The position numbers and the translations under genes are program-made. From NCBI GenBank assembly GCA_013265495.1, contig MU058221.1:4590001-4654000 (forward strand): DNA of 64,000 bases, in the 5' to 3' direction. Source of the DNA: Vicugna vicugna (lineage: Eukaryota). Positions within the stretch are counted from its first letter, which is position 1. Each line of letters opens with the position of its first letter. Below the pieces are notes generated by a model. The model searched no databases and was not told the origin of the DNA. It was given only the letters and a program-made list of their open reading frames with translations. Shown here piece after piece: positions 54,401 through 63,065 of the stretch.

Positions 54401-57400
54401 TCTCAACCAAACATCTCAGCTTGAAAGACAAGGAAGGGGAGAAGATCTTCTTGACATAGTGGAAAAGATGGAGATGAGAATGGATGAACAGTTAAAGGGT
54501 GCAGAAGTGGAGCATCTCGGTGTCACAGGCAGAATCCTTCTGCGCGCACTACAGAGGTGAAGAACGAGTGGTAGCAATGGGTGTAGAATTTTTCCAAGGA
54601 GTAAGATCAGCAAGACAATCGTTCCTACTTGTGATTTTGGGGTGACAATGGAACACAAGTTCTCTGTGGAAAGAGAGATGGGACACATCAATAAATGTTA
54701 ATTCCCCATAACGTATTTTCTGTGAGGCGACCTGTGTCTTTCACCGTGGAGCTATCTTTCCTCCTTCGCTTAGTATCAGTCATTTATAGGGTACGTATGG
54801 AGTTTGAATGCCGTGTTGTGTTTTGTTTCCATTTAGCTCTCTGGCCCGCAAAAGACGCAGCGCTTCATGGCAAGGATGTGTGTTTTAGAACACAGTCAGT
54901 GATGGGATAAGACACAAAACCAATATTTTTGAAGCAAAAAAAAAAACAGGAAGAAGGAAGAAAAATGGAAATAGAGCTCAGTGGCTTCAGTTTCAGTTAT
55001 TTGGGAAAAGCAAAATAATTAGGGTAGAGCACACATACTAGATTTTTTCCTGCTTTTTAAAAATTGACTTTTACTATCTTTGGGTGGGGGGTGCAGTGGA
55101 AGGAACCTCAAACGTGCTGCTTCCACTGTCAGTACCAAATACATGTGTATATAAATAAAGCTATTAGAATGTGGGTATGCATGTCAATTAAAAACAAACA
55201 ATGATATGTTTTTAAATGCAAACTCCTTCGCAGGTGAAATTACATATGGAGGCAGAGTCACGGACACGTGGGATCAAAGATGCCTCCGCACGGTCCTGAA
55301 AAGATTTTTTTCTCCTGAAACGTTACAAGAGAATTATAAATATTCTGAATCAGGTGAGTGACTTTTCAACATTACGGGAAAGACTTTTTCCAAGAAGTCG
55401 TTGACAGCTGTACATCCAGGAGCCCTGTGCGTCCTCACAGCCCAGGCCCTGCGCCACCTTCAAAGCTGGTTTGGTTCTAAGAGTACAAAGATACCAATTG
55501 TGCAATAACCATTTTGAATTATTTCTGTTCTAAAATGGGCTGTATTCCGTCTAAATGTGTTTTCCAAGTTCTATAAATTCGGGGCCCTTAACCAGGAACT
55601 CTTTTCAGCAGCACATCCCTGGATTCTCCGAATCTCGAAATGTGCTCGAGGAAACACCCCCGAAAGGTTAGGACACTAATCAGATGCTAAAGGCCTCAAG
55701 GAAAGAAACTAGGCACAGAAATGAAAGCGAGAGGCTTGGGGAAAACCATCCCCTTTTCTATGTGAGGCAGCTGATTATAGCCACCGTCTAAACAGGCAGA
55801 GAAGTACCAAACTTGGCGGGACTCAAAAGCTAAGACAGAACTGCCTTCTGTGTTTTCCTTAACAGGCATCTATTTTGCCCCCGTGGCTGACAGCCTGCAA
55901 GAGTTTAAAGACTACATTGAAAACCTGCCTTTGATAGATGACCCGGAAATATTTGGAATGCATGAAAATGCCAATCTCGTTTTCCAGGTACGTGACCTTT
56001 CAACGTAAAATACATGTTTATATTGTGTGTCTGAGCCTGATACGTCAGTAGTCACCTCACTAGTTCTGTGAATTATAATATTCTTACATAAACAAACACG
56101 GCAGCCTGGGGAGAGAGACTAGAGAACCGTGCACAGGCTTTTTACAGCTTCAGCCTAACACGGTCCACATTCGGCTCACATTTCATTGGCCAGAACAGTC
56201 ACGTGGCCCACCCGTCTGCAAGGATGCAAGAAGTGCAGTCTTTGCCTGCCCTAAAGGGGCAACTGCAAGTCTCCACCTCAGTTACTACCATAGGCAGTAT
56301 TACCAGGCTGGCCACACTAAGTGTTTCAAGACTTTCATCCAACTAAGAAGTCAAGAACTAAAATGGAAAAGTCATAATATTAAATGACAGGCAGTGAGCA
56401 AGGACACCAAACTATTTAACCATGGCATTTAGTAAAAAAGCTTTGCATATGTGTTTAGGACCTAATGACTATGTCCAAAGTCATGTTTGAAAGAATGTCT
56501 ACGATGTAAAATATAATTTTTACAATCAAGATCTAAAATCCCAGGTTCTGAACTCTTTTCTCAAGTAAGTGGATGATGAGTGTTGTGACTGGTATAAAGA
56601 AAAACCTCTAAGAAGTTTCAACAAATATACATGAGAAGATACCATGTTTCTGAATAAAAGAAAAACCTAGAAAAATTGAGACTATTTAACTGACCTTGGA
56701 ATGGAAATTTCTAAGCATGAAAAGCATTTGAAAAATAAATCACGTAAGAAAGAGCCAACAGGTGTGACTACATCAAAAAAGTCATAAGAAAATTTTAAGA
56801 ACAAATGACAAAGTGAAACATTTTTTAAACAAACAACAACAAAACAGGAAAAGACAAAGTTAACCATCCACATATGGGGAATTTTCCAAGTTAAACCATA
56901 TGTCAGACCCCAAATTAATCATCAATTAAAGTTTAAAAGATGAGTAACATACAAATTACCTTCTCCGACTACAATGGGATAAACTTAGAAATCAGTAAAG
57001 CTATAGTAATCAAAACAGTGTTGGCACTGCATGAAGACAGACATACAGATCAGCAGAGTAGAACAGAGAGTTCAGAAATAAAGCCTCACATATATGGTCA
57101 GATGATTTTTGACAGGGGTGCCAAGACCATTCAATGGGAAAAGACAGTCTTGTCCACAAATGGTGCCTGGGTATCCACATACAAAAGAATGAAGTTGGAC
57201 CCTTACTTAACCCCACATACAAAAATTAACTCCAAATGGATCAAAGACCTTAATATATGACCTAAAAATATAAAACTCTTAGAAGAAAACATAGGACAAA
57301 AGCTTCATGGCACTAGATTTGGCAATGATTTCTTGGATATGACACCAAAGGCAGAAATAACAAGAGAAAAAACAGACAAACTGGACTTCATGAAAATGTT

Positions 57401-60400
57401 TAAATTTTGTGCAGCAAAAGATACTATCAACAGAGTAAAAGGACAACCCACAAAATGGGAGAAAATATTCTAAATGACATACTTGATAAGAGATTGGTGT
57501 CCAGAATGAAGAGAACTCCCAAAACTCAACAGCCAAAGAACAAAAGCAGTTCAAAAATGGGCAAAGGACTTCAATATACATTCTTCCAAAGAAGATACAT
57601 AAATGGCCAATAGTACATGAAGAGATGCTCAGTACCACTACCCTTTAGGGAAATGCAGATCCTGTCTACTGTGTGTGAGACACCACGTCACACCCACTAG
57701 GATGGCTACTATCAAAGTAACAGAGATCAACAAGTGTTGGTAAGGATGTGGAGAAACTGGAACCCTTGTGCCCTGTTGATGGGAGTGTAAAATGGTACAG
57801 CCATTATGGAAAACAGCATGGTAATTCCTCAAAAAAATTTTAAATAGACTTACTGTATGATCTAGCAATTCCACTCTGGATTTATATGCAAAAGAATCGA
57901 AAGTAGGGACACACACACAGTTATTTGCACACCCATGTTCACAGCAGCACTGCTGACAATAGCTAAACCATGGAAGCAACCCAAGTGTCCATCAACAGAT
58001 GAATGGATAAGCAAAGGACAGTGTATACATACAGTGGAATATTATTCAGCCTTTAAAAGGAAGGAAATTCTGTAACAGGGTACAACATGAATACATTTTG
58101 AGGACAGGGCACTAAGTGAAATAATCCAGTCACGTAAAAAAAAAAATACTGTACAATTCCACTTACATGAGGTATTTAGAGCCGTCAGAATCTTGGCGAC
58201 AGAAAGTAGAGTGGTGCTTGCCTGGGGCTGGAGAGAGGAGAGAGTGAGGGGTTATTGTTGAATGAGTACAGAGTTTCAGTCTCACAAGAGGAAAAGAATT
58301 ACAGAGACGGATGGTTGTGACGGTTGCACAACATTATTAATGTATTTAATACCACTGAATTGTACACTTAAAAAAGAGTTAAGATAGCAAATTTTATGAT
58401 ATGTGTATTTTACCACTAGAAAAAAAGTTAATTATCCTTATAGAATTATCTTATAAATCAATAAAAAACATTAAAAAGTCAAAAATGTACAAAATTTATA
58501 GATAATTTATAGACATAATACAGACAGCCAACAAACTTTTCTTTTTAATGTTTGACTCTAATAATCCTCAAAGAAGTGCAAACCGATGAAAAGCTATTTT
58601 TTTACCAGTTAAACCAGAAACACACAGACGGGCGTATAAATGATACAGTGCTGTTAGAGGTCAATATAGTGATGCACAGGTTTAAACTATTTCTTTGGTA
58701 ATGTATCATTTAAAGAAGTTAAATGATGGTGGGGGAAATTCATATACAGATATTCTATTCAGAGTTCTAAAAAACAAAAGTCATGTCCAAAAAGTAAATA
58801 AACTATTAACTACTGTGTGTTCATACCGCTAAGTATTGTACACTTAGAGCATGACTCACGGAGGTTTTTGAGTGATATGAGAAAATGTTTATGAGACTGA
58901 AAAAGAACAAATAGTACATACATTTTATGGGCTAATTTTTTAAACTACATGCACATATACAGAGAAGATGTCCGAGGGCATCAGGTGCAGTAGGGTTATA
59001 AGTATCACTAGAAAGCAAGATTATGGATAATTTTTCTTTATGCTTTTCTGTGTTTTCCACATTTTCAATAATAAGCCATTGTACTTTTCTAATTGAGAAA
59101 AATGTTATTTAAAGTATGTTCTAAAGCTGAATTGTCATTATTTCTTCACTTTCATAACTGCCTTTTAAATAATTAGCCAAAAATTGTTTAATGATTTTTT
59201 ACTGTGGGAAAACACATATAACATAAAATTTATCATTTTAACCATCTTTGAGTACACAGTTCAGTGGCATTCAGTATCTTCACATTGTTGTTCAACCAAA
59301 AATGTTTACATATGATACTGACAGCTACTGAGCACATTTTACCAACTCTGTCTTCAGTATGAAAAATAAAATTTCTTTGTTTTTGACCACTGCCATTATT
59401 TCTGTAATAAGCTATGTGTGCTGCAAAATTATTTTTGAGAACTTGGGTCTTCACTGTTCTGTCTCTTCTCACCATTACAGTACAAAGAGACCAGCACTTT
59501 AATCAACACCATACTGGAGGTTCAGCCACGGTCATCTTCTGGTGGAGCAGGAAAGAGCAATGATGAAATTGTCCAAGAACTCGTTGCTTCTGTCCAGACC
59601 AGAGTTCCAGGTAGTAAATAACTGCTGGCCTCTGTGTATCGAGGGACTTTGAGGAATAAACTCAGAGAGCTGAGTGAGAAGCAGGTGTCCAGATCTCCAC
59701 TTCCAGAAGCACTAGGGGCAAGTTAGTTTCCAGCCCAATGAAACTTTAACCAGACGTTTTCCAGAGCTTCCTAATGTCCCTAGACCTGTGCTGTCCAAGA
59801 CAGTAGCCACCAGCCACATGTGGCTGCTTAAACTTAAATTTAAATTAAATAAAATTTAAAATTCATGTCCTCAGTTGCACGAGCCGCCCTTCAAGTGCTG
59901 CCACATGGAACAACACAGATAGAGAACGATTCCAACAGTAAAACGTTCTGTGGGACAGCCCTGCCCTAGAAGCCACTTCACTTTTCTCCCTCCGTTCAAG
60001 GGAAGTGGCGAAATTATTTCACCCTGTTTTCTGGTGAGTTAAGGAATCTTCCTGAATAACCACAGAGATCCACTTTCGTACTTTTCCTAGAGTGACTGTA
60101 TACTTAGATTTCTTAATCTATCGTTCATGGTTGGAAGAGATGTCATTATAGGAAAAGAAAGCTAAGGTAGGGGATAAAAAACTGAGTGTAATAGTGAACT
60201 GTGTTCCTCTCTCTCCTCACAATACTGACACCGAATAAATGGGTTTTTCCCTCCCATTAAGCAATTCTCCAACTCCCTGGACACCAACTGGATGGTAAAC
60301 AATTGAATGATGACACTGACGACCCAGAGTTGGCACGGACCCCGCAGCTTAGGTCCCACAAGGCTGCCCCCACTTCAGATGCCAGTTACAAGTCCCAGGT

Positions 60401-61040
60401 TGTAACCGGTACTTCTGACCAACCAGCTATAAACCGAGGATTCCCACAACCCCCTTTGTGGGTTCAGTCATTGTCTAGAACTCACAGAAATCGGGGAAAC
60501 GGTTATTTACATTCACCAGCTTATTTTAAAGGGTATAACAAAGGATAAAGATAAACAGCCAGATAAAGAGGCTCACGGGGCGAAGTCCAGAAAAGTCCAA
60601 TGCCGCTCTCCTAGACGCAGTGCAGGTGTGAGGGGAGAGTGCGGCTTGAGGACCTCGCATACACACGAGGCGGAGAAGACTCAGGGTCCCGGGCACCTCT
60701 GGTCTCAGGGACATCCCTCGTCGACCAGGTCGCTGCCTGTCCTGCGAGCACGTGCCACTGAAGTCTGCACGGCCTGACCCCCATTCAGCCCAGGCCCAGG
60801 GACAGGAGAAGGTGGCTTTCAGGAAGGTTAAGATAAGTGCGTTCCAGCAGCGACGTTATAAGGCCAGAAGTCAGTGATGACTGATCTGACAAATCAGCCG
60901 TGTGTGTTTCAGAAACCCTGGAAATGGAGAGTGCGTCCGAGAGCCTTTTCATCAAGGATCCTCAAGGACGCCTCAACTCCCTGACCACTGTCCTTGGACA
61001 AGAAGTGGACCGGTTCAACAGCCTGCTGAAGCTGATACAC
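259..61040 (+). CDS. DNAH6: Dynein axonemal heavy chain 6, partial multi-exon gene (31 internal exons, 1664 codons)
   Basis: Exon lengths and splice phases give one continuous frame with dynein heavy-chain motifs: [21 protein letters not shown]4 P-loop [66 protein letters not shown]. Paralogue assigned from recalled similarity to mammalian DNAH6. Confidence 0.93.
1148..1294 (+). CDS. DNAH6: DNAH6 exon, ILQCDPG...[16 protein letters not shown]...EMA
   Basis: aacag acceptor, A|gtaaat donor, 147 nt, phase 1->1. Confidence 0.92.
1902..1975 (+). CDS. DNAH6: DNAH6 exon, KHFGIAIG...PIIFGDFIK
   Basis: aacag acceptor, AAG|gtaagt donor, 74 nt, phase 1->0. Confidence 0.92.
2085..2308. mobile_element. 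MER58A-like hAT-Charlie MITE
   Basis: ggggtctgcaaacta...gtagccacgcccattc...aagcctaaaatatctactgtctggctcttt...ttgctgac resembles the recalled MER58A consensus. Confidence 0.7.
2750..2860 (+). mobile_element. L2 3' end fragment
   Basis: tctgttttgttcac...ctcaatcaatgctgtttgaacaaatgaatg is typical of an L2 terminus. Confidence 0.55.
3676..3830 (+). CDS. DNAH6: DNAH6 exon, [10 protein letters not shown]...[13 protein letters not shown]
   Basis: tacag acceptor, AG|gtattg donor, 155 nt, phase 0->2. Confidence 0.92.
4032..4174 (-). mobile_element. tRNA-derived camelid SINE (vic-1-like)
   Basis: Reverse complement reads gggagggtgtagctcagtggtagag...gggttcaatccccagtacctcc (Pol III A and B boxes) followed by an A-rich tail. 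Confidence 0.85.
6131..6362 (+). CDS. DNAH6: DNAH6 exon, AAA4 Walker A (GVGGTGKQS)
   Basis: ccccag acceptor, CAG|gtacat donor, 232 nt, phase 2->0. Confidence 0.95.
7060..7572 (+). mobile_element. Old L1 fragment (end of 5'UTR and start of ORF1)
   Basis: gaaatggagatc...aaagaattcaaaataattgttctc...gagaacacagatcaacaatttc resembles the L1 ORF1 N-terminal region; left boundary uncertain. Confidence 0.55.
7573..8400 (+). mobile_element. L1 5'UTR fragment
   Basis: Starts ggagagtgacgtcaccaagatggcg (YY1-type L1 start), followed by GC-rich UTR-like sequence. Confidence 0.6.
8401..11357 (-). mobile_element. Internally deleted L1 (5' end, ORF1 remnants, ORF2 endonuclease/RT remnants)
   Basis: Minus-strand peptides [43 protein letters not shown] and [13 protein letters not shown]; 5' start ggagaagccaagatg at about 11355. 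Confidence 0.9.
11491..11643 (+). CDS. DNAH6: DNAH6 exon, [23 protein letters not shown]...NRDE
   Basis: ctgtag acceptor, GAG|gtagga donor, 153 nt, phase 0->0. Confidence 0.95.
12944..13084 (+). CDS. DNAH6: DNAH6 exon, VFQHFIS...CCTIDWFVQ
   Basis: cgccag acceptor, CAG|gtcagt donor, 141 nt, phase 0->0. Confidence 0.95.
13137..13720 (-). mobile_element. 5'-truncated L1 3' end with 19-bp TSD
   Basis: ORF2 C-terminus [27 protein letters not shown] ctggacttgctt(g/a)atttta at 13118-13136 and 13721-13739. Confidence 0.9.
13870..14650 (-). mobile_element. Degraded L2 fragments
   Basis: Minus-strand peptide [16 protein letters not shown] is an L2 RT-like motif. Confidence 0.55.
15006..15248 (+). 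CDS. DNAH6: DNAH6 exon, [10 protein letters not shown]...[11 protein letters not shown]...KQLVS
   Basis: ttacag acceptor, TCA|gtaagc donor, 243 nt, phase 0->0. Confidence 0.94.
15620..15845 (+). mobile_element. MIR SINE
   Basis: ggactttggtgtcaggcagacc...ttgttgtagaattaaaatgag...gtgaagtgcttggaa...tgctcagaaaat resembles the MIR core and tail. Confidence 0.6.
15849..15995. repeat. Imperfect (CAC/CAT)n trinucleotide repeat, about 49 units
   Basis: Seen directly in the sequence. Confidence 0.97.
16693..16860 (+). CDS. DNAH6: DNAH6 exon, stalk coiled coil 1, [15 protein letters not shown]...ENADQ
   Basis: atctag acceptor, CAG|gtacgc donor, 168 nt, phase 0->0. Confidence 0.93.
17023..17151 (+). 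mobile_element. vic-1-like SINE with internal deletion and imperfect TSD
   Basis: gggggagggtatagcttagt...gggttcagtccccagtacctcc; flanks aacaatcccccttcaa and accaatctcccttcaa. Confidence 0.85.
17495..17730 (+). CDS. DNAH6: DNAH6 exon, stalk and start of microtubule-binding domain, VRNIVQED...ILLNAK
   Basis: ggctag acceptor, AA|gtgagt donor, 236 nt, phase 0->2. Confidence 0.92.
18810..18931 (-). mobile_element. Short L1 3' end with decayed TSD
   Basis: T-rich tail followed by L1 3'UTR-like sequence; flanks tggggtaatgttttta and tgggataacattttaa. Confidence 0.6.
19034..19295 (+). CDS. DNAH6: DNAH6 exon, microtubule-binding domain, [10 protein letters not shown]...KLRAAQ
   Basis: tttcag acceptor, CAG|gtacgt donor, 262 nt, phase 2->0. 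Confidence 0.95.
19725..20065. mobile_element. MER58B-like hAT-Charlie MITE
   Basis: cagggctggcaaac ... gctgcagacctctg imperfect terminal inverted repeats; ctacagag and ccctagag 8-bp flanks. Confidence 0.75.
20431..20554 (+). CDS. DNAH6: DNAH6 exon, stalk coiled coil 2, [10 protein letters not shown]...EKESL
   Basis: tattag acceptor, G|gtgagt donor, 124 nt, phase 0->1. Confidence 0.92.
21083..21279 (+). CDS. DNAH6: DNAH6 exon, [10 protein letters not shown]...[12 protein letters not shown]
   Basis: tcccag acceptor, TCG|gtgagg donor, 197 nt, phase 1->0. Confidence 0.93.
21587..21717 (+). mobile_element. vic-1-like SINE
   Basis: gtatagctcagtggt...gggttcaatcctcagtacctc plus A-rich tail; flanked by aagtcaggcaggatg. 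Confidence 0.88.
21733..22208 (+). mobile_element. 5'-truncated L1 3' end
   Basis: aataatgccatttgcagcaacatggatggacctggag..., then 3'UTR and A-rich tail; flanked by aagtcaggcaggatg. Confidence 0.9.
22836..23039 (+). CDS. DNAH6: DNAH6 exon, AAA5 start, LIECWIQ...[12 protein letters not shown]
   Basis: ctacag acceptor, CAG|gtgtga donor, 204 nt, phase 0->0. Confidence 0.95.
23742..23867 (+). CDS. DNAH6: DNAH6 exon, ANRWIRNKE...GLPVLLEE
   Basis: cacag acceptor, GAG|gttcgc donor, 126 nt, phase 0->0. Confidence 0.93.
24860..24990 (-). mobile_element. MIR fragment
   Basis: ttatcccattttaccagtgaggaaactgaggcccagaaaggttaagtaa is the MIR core. Confidence 0.7.
25240..25518 (-). mobile_element. L1 3'UTR fragment
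   Basis: Similar to 63325-63610 and to the reverse complement of 21910-22170. Confidence 0.8.
26125..26365. mobile_element. MER58-family MITE remnant
   Basis: actttttctataaaga...aaaaccattctcagctc...acacaaaa is shared with the element at 19725. Confidence 0.55.
26698..26862 (+). CDS. DNAH6: DNAH6 exon, [13 protein letters not shown]...[12 protein letters not shown]
   Basis: ttttaag acceptor, GAG|gtacga donor, 165 nt, phase 0->0. Confidence 0.93.
27819..27886 (+). CDS. DNAH6: DNAH6 exon, [23 protein letters not shown]
   Basis: tcctag acceptor, AG|gtaaaa donor, 68 nt, phase 0->2. Confidence 0.93.
28437..28617 (+). CDS. DNAH6: DNAH6 exon, [14 protein letters not shown]...LIDTLQDSK
   Basis: cattag acceptor, AAG|gtgagt donor, 181 nt, phase 2->0. 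Confidence 0.94.
29860..30152. mobile_element. MER33-like hAT-Charlie MITE
   Basis: tagccactagccac...tgaaatgtggc...gtgtaaaatac...ggctcacattatatttcc. Confidence 0.7.
31110..31310 (+). mobile_element. L1 ORF2 C-terminal fragment
   Basis: gcagcattatttgtaattgccaagatatggaagc...ttgccatttgca. Confidence 0.7.
31425..31686 (-). mobile_element. L1 3'UTR fragment
   Basis: ttgatttacaatgtgttaatttctggtgt...ctggtaaccataaatttgttttct. Confidence 0.75.
31841..32020 (+). CDS. DNAH6: DNAH6 exon, [10 protein letters not shown]...[14 protein letters not shown] (GC donor)
   Basis: cctcag acceptor, CAG|gcaagt donor, 180 nt, phase 0->0. Confidence 0.9.
34076..34309 (+). CDS. DNAH6: DNAH6 exon, LFNTTIE...[11 protein letters not shown]...AGLEK
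   Basis: ccacag acceptor, AAG|gtacct donor, 234 nt, phase 0->0. Confidence 0.93.
35845..36445 (+). mobile_element. Old L1 ORF2 RT fragment
   Basis: agacaagaaagtgaaataaaaggcatccag...gcagacgacatg (ADDM motif). Confidence 0.75.
37032..37167 (+). CDS. DNAH6: DNAH6 exon, [12 protein letters not shown]...PISIRIG
   Basis: tgatag acceptor, G|gtaata donor, 136 nt, phase 0->1. Confidence 0.9.
38376..38570. mobile_element. MER20-like hAT-Charlie MITE
   Basis: cagtggctctcaactgggg...ggggacattcagcaatgtctg...aaggctgaagacccct. Confidence 0.75.
40596..40762 (+). CDS. DNAH6: DNAH6 exon, SFETYINPQ...[17 protein letters not shown]
   Basis: ttccag acceptor, AAG|gtagga donor, 167 nt, phase 1->0. Confidence 0.91.
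41000..42350 (-). mobile_element. Degraded L2-like sequence
   Basis: Purine-rich + strand with L2-like phrases (atataaat-like gataaatgtgg, ggaatcatcagc); low resolution. Confidence 0.4.
42720..45450 (-). mobile_element. L1 ORF2 fragments (mosaic)
   Basis: Minus-strand peptide [25 protein letters not shown]; homologous to 8420-9600. Confidence 0.85.
45579..45769 (+). CDS. DNAH6: DNAH6 exon, AAA6, VVFALTDFV...[12 protein letters not shown]...YSGR
   Basis: tttcag acceptor, CG|gtaagc donor, 191 nt, phase 0->2. Confidence 0.94.
46524..47152. mobile_element. MLT2-family (ERVL) solo LTR
   Basis: tattagtcaggcttctccagagaaacag...gattatggaggctga...ttgacacataaaattaaccatca. Confidence 0.8.
46561..46635. 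repeat. Compound (GATA)/(GACA)/(GATG) microsatellite inside MLT2
   Basis: Seen directly in the sequence. Confidence 0.9.
47230..48090 (+). mobile_element. Ancient L1 3' fragments
   Basis: Degraded ORF2 C-terminal and 3'UTR phrases ending in an A-rich tail. Confidence 0.5.
48250..48410 (+). CDS. DNAH6: DNAH6 exon, AAA6, [11 protein letters not shown]...QNCHLAVSW...FTDP
   Basis: attcag acceptor, A|gtatgt donor, 161 nt, phase 2->1. Confidence 0.95.
51446..51534 (+). CDS. DNAH6: DNAH6 exon, [29 protein letters not shown]
   Basis: aacag acceptor, AAG|gtaccg donor, 89 nt, phase 1->0. Confidence 0.93.
52032..52178 (+). CDS. DNAH6: DNAH6 exon, [12 protein letters not shown]...CFFHAIIQ
   Basis: acccag acceptor, CAG|gtacac donor, 147 nt, phase 0->0. 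Confidence 0.93.
52848..52986 (+). CDS. DNAH6: DNAH6 exon, [20 protein letters not shown]...[11 protein letters not shown]
   Basis: ttctag acceptor, G|gtcagt donor, 139 nt, phase 0->1. Confidence 0.94.
53215..53400 (-). mobile_element. MIR fragment
   Basis: ttttacacgaggaaacc...ggagccaagatttaaacccaggcagtc. Confidence 0.6.
53425..54020 (+). mobile_element. Old L1 (L1M-type) 3' end
   Basis: gacccagcaattcca...tggaaacaacctgaatgtc...ggatgaacctcaaaaacgttatgctaag. Confidence 0.8.
55234..55353 (+). CDS. DNAH6: DNAH6 exon, [17 protein letters not shown]...YSESG
   Basis: tcgcag acceptor, G|gtgagt donor, 120 nt, phase 1->1. Confidence 0.94.
55866..55987 (+). CDS. DNAH6: DNAH6 exon, IYFAPVAD...[15 protein letters not shown]
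   Basis: taacag acceptor, CAG|gtacgt donor, 122 nt, phase 1->0. Confidence 0.94.
56830..58425 (+). mobile_element. L1 ORF2 3' part and 3'UTR; an endonuclease-region remnant is fused to the C-terminal region
   Basis: Peptide [12 protein letters not shown] joined to KAIVIKTV...[11 protein letters not shown]...[23 protein letters not shown]. Confidence 0.88.
59481..59610 (+). CDS. DNAH6: DNAH6 exon, [17 protein letters not shown]...QTRVP
   Basis: ttacag acceptor, G|gtagta donor, 130 nt, phase 0->1. Confidence 0.93.
59785..59963. mobile_element. MER3-like hAT-Charlie MITE
   Basis: ctgtgctgtccaa...tagccaccagccacatgtggct...gttctgtgggacagccctg. Confidence 0.7.
60187..60600. mobile_element. ERV LTR remnant (MER21/MER4-group-like)
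   Basis: gacaccaactgg...cccacaaggctgcccccacttcagatgcca...cttctgaccaaccagctataaa. Confidence 0.6.
60913..61040 (+). CDS. DNAH6: DNAH6 exon, TLEMESASE...[17 protein letters not shown]
   Basis: tttcag acceptor, CAC|gtatga donor, 128 nt, phase 1->0. Confidence 0.93.
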
Positions 61041-61424
61041 GTATGAGCGATCGCTGCCACCACTGCTGCTGGCTGGCAGAGCCTTAGAGATCACGTAACA
61101 ATGTGCCTTTTTCCATTGCCACCCCTCCAACATCCCCACCTGGCTGTGCTGACAGCTCTTCAAGCCCAGCTTGTCTCAAGCGGAATTCACCCTCCTCTGA
61201 CTGGTCTGGGCTCCCCTCTCCAGTCACGGCGTAGTGAACACGGCACACGACAGATCCCCAGTCCCCTCATAACCCTGACGTGCGCCCTCAGAAATTACCA
61301 CTGACTCCCTAGAAATTTGACCAGGGACCTAAGCACGCGGTTAAGAGAGGTTCCATGCTTGTGCCTGGTGTCTGGCTCGCATTTAATAACACAGTCTTTA
61401 TGAAGACCCTGAAAACCTGAGTTT

Positions 61425-61605
61425 CTCACAGTGCGGGTCACAGAACAGCTGCGTTAGGATCCACTCTGCTGCGTGTCCGAATGTGGACTCCCTGACTCCA
61501 CTCCAGACCCACTGAGTTAGCATTCCCAGAAATCCCTGGGAATGAGAGTTTTAAATAAGCTCCCCCAGATGATTTCACTGCAACTCAAATTTGAGAACAA
61601 CTGTT
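61425..61605. mobile_element. MER5-like MITE remnant
   Basis: ccagacccactgag...ttttaaataagctccccca...tttgagaacaactg. Confidence 0.55.
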
Positions 61606-62039
61606 TGGACCTTTGCCTTAGGCTCAGGAATACTTTCTGGGTGCCCTGACTTTCTAACGGTGGCTAAGCAACTTCCCGGTTTCTTCTTGCATAGCTTTAA
61701 TAAGGGAAACTATTAGAGCCCAAATATTAAGCATTAACAAGAAAAATCTTACTGCCAAGCAGGGAACCAAATACCCCGCACAGAAACAAGGCTCAGTGAT
61801 AAGACGAGGGGGGACAGCTGGGGTAGGTCCTTCAAAGTCAAGGACCATCTGCCCCGTTTGGAAAGCAGTCTCCGAGCGTCCCAGCTGGCTGGCAGGACCC
61901 AGGTTGGGGGGGCAGCGGGGCCCTGGGTCAGCTGAGTATGTGAAGTCCTCACCTTGGGACTGGCATCTAGTTAGGTAAATGCCGCTGTCAGCAGGCCAGG
62001 TAGCCAGCACAGGGCTTATCACCTTCTGCACCGAATGAG

Positions 62040-62500
62040 TCGCTGTAGGTCACACTGCTGTGATAAAGGTCCCCCAAGTACAGTGGCCAAAAGAAGACAG
62101 AAATCCACTTCTGTCTCATCGAGCAGCCCAGAGGGAAGCCGCGTCTAGCCGTGTCTAGGGCAGCGGTTAGTCCTGCTCCGTGAGCTCATCCAGGGACCCC
62201 AGCCGGAGGGCTGGCTCTCCCAGCCTCAGTGGGTAGCTTCCACTTCTGGGACTAAGGTGGCTGTTCCAACTGTCCCCTTTTACCACCCACTGGGACAGGG
62301 GGAAGGGAGGGCCGAGGGAGAGCAGTTTCCAAAGAAAGATGTGATCCAGAAGTTGCATCCATCTTTTTTTTTCTTGTATCCCTTTAGCCAAAACTTGGTC
62401 ACAGGGCAACACCCCACCTGCAGGGGTGGCTGGGAAACGCGGTCGCTGTGTTGGGTGCTCTGTGCCCAGCTGAAACTAAGAGGGTACTGTTGTTCAAAGA
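62040..62500. mobile_element. MLT1-family (MaLR) LTR remnant
   Basis: tagccaaaacttggtcacagggcaacacc...gctgggaaa; a similar short remnant occurs at 56100-56240. Confidence 0.5.
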
Positions 62501-62744
62501 GGGGACGGATGCTGCTCGGCTCTTGTCTCTTCCACATCATGGCCTTTCACCCACTTAAAGATGGATAAGTCCAAGTGTCAATTCCTCACCAGTCTTCCCA
62601 AAACAGCAGCCCTGCCCTCCACCACCAGACGACAGGAGCCCCTTCTCAGCGCTCCACCCTTCAGGGGTCTGTGTCCGTCACTGTATGTGTGTACAGCATA
62701 CCACCCTGCTTTGTGATCACTCCTCCATGAGTCTGGCTCCCCCA

Positions 62745-63065
62745 GTAGGCAGGGAGCAGCAGGCGGCGAGGCCCGGGAACCATGGCAGGGCCCTCCCCCG
62801 GGCCTGCCCCGCCCCGGCTCTGCCCCACCTCACCCGGGGGGGGGCCGCAGGGCCGCCGTCGTGCTGAGCTCCCCCTCCTCCAGATGGGTCCAGAGCTGGG
62901 AGGCAGGGCGGGCGGCGGGAGGCGCGGCCACCCGGCTCCCTAAGTGCGCTCCCGCTCCCGCTGGAGACGTGCGCGTGGTGGCCGCTCCTCTGTGCGCGCT
63001 TACTTAGCAGCCCTCGGAGGCCCTGGCGGCCTGGTCTCTCCGTCTCTGACGTGCGTCCTCCACGC
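62745..63065. promoter_or_regulatory. Intronic CpG-rich, GC-rich island with GC box and G4 motifs
   Basis: Dense CpG; gccccgcccc at 62806-62815; no functional evidence. Confidence 0.4.

Noticed and set aside
259..61040. DNAH6 pseudogenisation
   Set aside because: All 31 exons join in phase with no stop codon seen, and the only non-GT donor is a strong GC donor.
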